Of a DNA stretch of 64,000 bases, positions 60,060 through 64,000 are shown one piece after another. Under the pieces are notes generated by a model. The model made no database searches. It was not told where the DNA came from and saw only the letters and a program-made list of their open reading frames with translations. The DNA comes from Candidatus Caccocola faecigallinarum. GTDB taxonomy: Bacteria; Synergistota; Synergistia; Synergistales; Synergistaceae. The stretch is taken from NCBI GenBank assembly GCA_018712745.1, contig DVGL01000027.1, positions 66,929-130,928 of the forward strand. The letters run 5' to 3'. How positions within the stretch are numbered: position 1 is the stretch's first letter; each line of letters starts with the position of its first letter. The position numbers were made by a program, and so were the translations under genes.

Positions 60060-60136
60060 GCAGAGTGATTCCGAAAGGCGTCACGAAGGGGTACACCACC
60101 GCGGGTGTAAATCTTCGTGACGCCTTTTTGTTTTTT
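60060..60136 (+). promoter_or_regulatory. terminator-embedded leader RNA, candidate HMP-PP (thiS motif) riboswitch
   Basis: Promoter TTGACA at 60026; 15-bp terminator stem 60074-60088/60113-60127 plus U-tract; competing hairpin GTGATTCC-GAAA-GGCGTCAC; directly upstream of thiS. Confidence 0.55.
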
Positions 60137-60151
60137 GCGGGAGGGAGAAGT

Positions 60152-60352
60152 ATGCGGATAGAACTCAACGGAGAGCCGTTCGACTGCGCGGAGGGGACGA
60201 CGCTGCTCGCGCTGATACGGGCGCGCGGCTTCGAGCCGGAGCGCGTCGCCGCCGAGGTGAACGGCGAGATTGCGCGGCGCGCGGATTTCGGCGCGGCGGA
60301 GCTGCGCGCGGGCGACAGGGTGGAGCTCGTGCATTTCGTCGGCGGGGGTTAA
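60152..60352 (+). CDS. thiS: sulfur carrier protein ThiS
   Basis: 66 aa ending in VHFVGGG. Confidence 0.92.
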   Translation: MRIELNGEPFDCAEGTTLLALIRARGFEPERVAAEVNGEIARRADFGAAELRAGDRVELVHFVGGG

Positions 60353-60614
60353 TGGCAGGCGAGAAAGAGATTCACAGCGCGCCCGCGCTGCGCCAGGACT
60401 TCCGGCTCTAAAACGTGAGACCGCGTCAAAGCCTATGCGTTCCGATTGTGCCTCACGTTTTATGCCGGAGGCCCCGGCCTGAAAATTGCCGGGGCGACAT
60501 AGATAATGTAGTCTTTATTTTTTGTGTTTTTTGTTTGATTGACTAAAAGTCTAATTTTACTGACAATTCCGTGCAGACAGCGCGCGGACATCTTCGAAAG
60601 GAAGTATCACCACA

Positions 60615-61379
60615 ATGACCGACAAACTCATCATCGGAGGACACGAATTCACATCGCGCTTTATTCTCGGCTCGGGTAAATATTCGCCGGAGCTTATCAA
60701 GGCCGCCGTCTCGGAGGCGGGCGCGCAGATTATCACAATAGCGCTGCGCCGCGCCAACTCGAAGACCGACAGCATACTGGAACATATTCCGCAGGGCGTG
60801 ACGCTGCTGCCGAACACCTCGGGCGCGCGCACGGCGGACGAGGCGGTGCGCATCGCGCGGCTCGCGCGCGAGTGCGGCTGCGGAGACTTCGTAAAAATCG
60901 AGATAATGCGCGACAGCAAGTATCTGCTGCCCGACAACTATGAAACTGTGCGCGCGACTGAAATCCTCGCAAAAGAAGGCTTCATCGTCATGCCCTATAT
61001 GTACCCCGACCTCAACACGGCGCGCGACCTCGTGAACGCCGGAGCCGCCGCCGTCATGCCGCTCGGCGCGCCGATAGGCTCGAACAAGGGGCTTGCGACG
61101 CGCGAGTTCATTCAGATACTCATCGACGAAATCGAGCTTCCGATAATCGTGGACGCGGGCATCGGGCGGCCCTCGCAGGCCTGCGAGGCTATGGAGATGG
61201 GCGCGGCGGCGATAATGGCGAACACCGCGATTGCGACGGCGGGCGACGTGCCCGCGATGGCGCGCGCCTTCGGCCTCGCCGTGCGCGCGGGGCGCGAGGC
61301 GTATCTCGCGGGGCTCGGCCGCGTCATCGAGAAGGGCGCAGCGGCATCGTCGCCGCTGACTGGCTTCCTCGCCGACTAG
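60615..61379 (+). CDS. thiG: thiazole synthase
   Basis: [32 protein letters not shown]. Confidence 0.95.
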   Translation: MTDKLIIGGHEFTSRFILGSGKYSPELIKAAVSEAGAQIITIALRRANSKTDSILEHIPQGVTLLPNTSGARTADEAVRIARLARECGCGDFVKIEIMRDSKYLLPDNYETVRATEILAKEGFIVMPYMYPDLNTARDLVNAGAAAVMPLGAPIGSNKGLATREFIQILIDEIELPIIVDAGIGRPSQACEAMEMGAAAIMANTAIATAGDVPAMARAFGLAVRAGREAYLAGLGRVIEKGAAASSPLTGFLAD

Positions 61380-61391
61380 GAGGCCGCGGAA

Positions 61392-62564
61392 ATGTCCGTA
61401 ACTATCGAAAAATCCCAACGCACGGACCACATGGCCTACATGGAGGGCATGGAGCAGATAGACCCGACGATTCGCCGCGAGGTCATAGCGGCGCGCGAGG
61501 ACTACGACGCGGCGGCCTTCGGCGCGGGCGACGTGCGGCGCGCGCTCTCGGCATCGTCGCGCGGCCCACGCGAATTCGCGGCGCTGCTCTCCCCCGCCGC
61601 GGCCCCGTTCCTCGAAGAGATGGCGCGCCTCGCGCGCGAGGAAAAGCGCCGTTATTTCGGCGACAACGTCTATCTCTTCACGCCGCTCTACATTTCAAAC
61701 TACTGTGAAAATTACTGCGTCTACTGCGGCTTCAACTGCCACAACAAAATCCGCCGCGCGAAGCTCGACATGGAGGAAATCGAGCGAGAGCTTCAGGCGA
61801 TCGCCGAAACGGGGCTCGAAGAGATTCTCATACTGACCGGCGAAAGCCGCAGCGCGAGCGGCGTCGAGTACATCGGCGATGCCTGCGAGCTCGCGAGCCA
61901 TTATTTCAAGACAGTCGGCATCGAGGTCTACCCTATGAACTCCGACGAATACGCATATCTGCACCGGCGCGGCGTCGACTACGTCACGGTATTCCAGGAG
62001 ACATACGACTCCGACCGCTACGAGGAGCTGCACCTCTCGGGGCACAAGCGCGTATTTCCATACCGCTTCGAGGCTCAGGAACGGGCGCTCATGGGCGGCA
62101 TGCGCGGAGTCGCTTTCGCGGCTCTGCTCGGCCTCTCCGACTTCCGACGCGACGCATACGCCGTCGGCATACACGCCTATCTGCTCCAGAGGAAGTATCC
62201 GCGAGCGGAAATATCATTCTCGTGCCCGCGCCTGCGCCCCATCGTAGGCGGCGAGGGCATCCAGCCCGCCGACAAGGTCGGCGAGCGCGAGCTGCTCCAG
62301 ATACTCTGCGCCTACCGCCTCTTCATGCCCTACGCGGGAATCACGGTCTCGACGCGCGAGCGCGCGGGCTTCCGCGACAACGTGATGGACATCGCCGCGA
62401 CGAAAATTTCCGCCGGCGTCTCCACGGGCATCGGCGGGCACACCGGCGAGGAAAAGGGCGACGACCAGTTCGAGATAGCCGACAACCGCACGGTGGACGA
62501 GGTGACGGCGGCGGCGCGCGAACGCGGGCTGAGCGCCGTGACGAACGACTACATCTATCTCTAG
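61392..62564 (+). CDS. thiH: 2-iminoacetate synthase (radical SAM)
   Basis: TPLYISNYCENYCVYCGF, FQETY, PRLRP. Confidence 0.95.
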   Translation: MSVTIEKSQRTDHMAYMEGMEQIDPTIRREVIAAREDYDAAAFGAGDVRRALSASSRGPREFAALLSPAAAPFLEEMARLAREEKRRYFGDNVYLFTPLYISNYCENYCVYCGFNCHNKIRRAKLDMEEIERELQAIAETGLEEILILTGESRSASGVEYIGDACELASHYFKTVGIEVYPMNSDEYAYLHRRGVDYVTVFQETYDSDRYEELHLSGHKRVFPYRFEAQERALMGGMRGVAFAALLGLSDFRRDAYAVGIHAYLLQRKYPRAEISFSCPRLRPIVGGEGIQPADKVGERELLQILCAYRLFMPYAGITVSTRERAGFRDNVMDIAATKISAGVSTGIGGHTGEEKGDDQFEIADNRTVDEVTAAARERGLSAVTNDYIYL

Positions 62565-63158
62565 ATGATGTTTCGGATAATCTGCGTAACGAACAGGAAA
62601 TTATGCGCGGGGGACTTCATCGCGAGGCTTTCGGAAATTTCGCGCGGCGGCGCGGATTACGTGATACTGCGTGAAAAGGACCTGAACGAAGTCGAGTATG
62701 CGGAGCTGGCGGAACGCGCGCTCGGCGCCTGCGGTGAGCGGCTCGTCATCCACGGGACGGGCGCTCTGCCGCTCCTGCGCCGCCTGCCCCGCATCCACCT
62801 GCCGCTTGCGCTTCTCGAAAACAATCAGGCGCTGCGGCGCGAGGCGAAGCTTCTCGGCGTCTCCGTCCATTCGCCGGAGGAGGCGAAGCGCGCTGAAGCC
62901 CTCGGCGCGGATTACGCTACGGCGGGGCACGTTTTCGCAACCGACTGCAAACGCGGCGTCCCCGGACGCGGCCTCGATTTCCTGAAAGAAACGGCGGCCT
63001 CCGTGCGCATACCCGTTTACGCGATAGGCGGGATATCGGCGCAAAACGTCGCCGCCGTCCGCGGCGCGGGAGCCGCGGGAGCCTGCGTCATGAGCGGCCT
63101 CATGTCATGCCCCGACGCGCGCGCGGAGCTGGAGGCGCTGCGCCGCGCGCTTGCGTGA
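62565..63158 (+). CDS. thiE: thiamine phosphate synthase / TenI family protein
   Basis: LREKDL, GVSVHS, AIGGI; could be the TenI paralog. Confidence 0.75.
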   Translation: MMFRIICVTNRKLCAGDFIARLSEISRGGADYVILREKDLNEVEYAELAERALGACGERLVIHGTGALPLLRRLPRIHLPLALLENNQALRREAKLLGVSVHSPEEAKRAEALGADYATAGHVFATDCKRGVPGRGLDFLKETAASVRIPVYAIGGISAQNVAAVRGAGAAGACVMSGLMSCPDARAELEALRRALA

Positions 63159-63262
63159 GGACATGAAAAATTTTCCGAGCGCGCCGGATTTCACAAAACG
63201 CCGCCCTTAATGCTAAAATAGATAGGCTTGCTAAAAAATCTCCGGCTGAAAGGGACGATTCG

Positions 63263-64000
63263 ATGCGTTACGTTGGAACCGTTTCGAGAGGGATACGCCT
63301 CCCGGTCGTCACGAAGGGCGACGACATTGTAAAGATAATCACAGACAACATAATAAAGGCAGCTTCGTCTGAGCGCGACAAATTCGAGATAAGGGACCGC
63401 GACGTGATAGGCGTCACTGAGTCGCTCGTCGCGCGCTCGCAGGGCAACTACGTCACGCTGCGCGACATATCCGACGACGTGGCGCGCAAATTCCCCGAGG
63501 GCGACGTCGCCGTCATAAGCCCGATACTCTCGCGCAACCGCTTCCACCAGCTTCTGCGCGGCATGGCGGCGGGCATCAAAGGCAAAATCCACGTCGTGCT
63601 CACCTACCCCTCCGACGAGGTGGGGAACCAGATAATCGAGCCGATGAACTACTACCTCAACAGCGGCAGGCTCTCGGGCGAATGCTTCAGCGAGGATGAA
63701 TACTACAAAATCTTCGGCGAGTACAAGCATCCGTTCACGGGCGTCGACTACGTGCAGCTCTACAAGAGCATCGACCCCGAGCGCATAAGCGTGCATTTCT
63801 CGAACAACCCGCTCTCTGCGCTCAAATTCGCGAAGCAGGTCATAGTCGCGAGCATCCACGCGCGCGCGATACACCGCGACATACTCGAAAAGGGCGGCGC
63901 GGAAAAGGTCGTCACGCTCGACCAGATATGCTCCTCGCCGGTGCGCGAGGGCGCGGGCTTCAACCCCGACTACGGCGTCCTCGGCTCGAACTACACCAAC
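63263..64000 (+). CDS. coenzyme F420-0:L-glutamate ligase-like protein, truncated by the window edge
   Basis: Manual translation MRYVGTVSRGIRLPVVTKGDDIV...GVTESLVARSQGNY...PILSRNRF; open to the end of the window. Confidence 0.75.
   Translation, partial: MRYVGTVSRGIRLPVVTKGDDIVKIITDNIIKAASSERDKFEIRDRDVIGVTESLVARSQGNYVTLRDISDDVARKFPEGDVAVISPILSRNRFHQLLRGMAAGIKGKIHVVLTYPSDEVGNQIIEPMNYYLNSGRLSGECFSEDEYYKIFGEYKHPFTGVDYVQLYKSIDPERISVHFSNNPLSALKFAKQVIVASIHARAIHRDILEKGGAEKVVTLDQICSSPVREGAGFNPDYGVLGSNYTN

Noticed and set aside
60060-60614. TPP riboswitch for the thi operon
   Set aside because: No CTGAGA or ACCTGAT..GTAGG core found before thiS or thiG.

Overview
GC-rich bacterial chromosomal window. 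Gene content and style suggest an anaerobic amino-acid fermenter of the Synergistota, probably Cloacibacillus-like (inference, no search run). Most of it is housekeeping and metabolism: queF/queT under a preQ1-I riboswitch, a TetM/TetB(P)-like GTPase, a secreted serpin, a frameshifted putP-like gene, rmuC, a NarL-type two-component pair, a betaine reductase B operon (Sec-GrdH, GrdI, BCCT), pgm, adhE, rocD, metQ, fba, an amino-acid ABC transporter, recD2, pepA, ferritin, a trimeric autotransporter adhesin and thiSGHE. The most notable signals are outside the ORF track. (1) A Met-rich leader peptide with an antiterminator/terminator pair upstream of metQ, i.e. a ribosome-mediated methionine attenuator. 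(2) Three in-frame TGA codons followed by similarly spaced SECIS-like hairpins: GrdH, ArsM, and an unexpected PLP racemase. (3) Two solitary type I-C-like CRISPR repeat + ~33-35 nt spacer + terminator units with a shared seed. (4) Next to each of those units, type I toxin-antitoxin-like small-peptide/antisense-RNA modules. (5) A non-TPP terminator-embedded leader before thiS, a candidate HMP-PP riboswitch.
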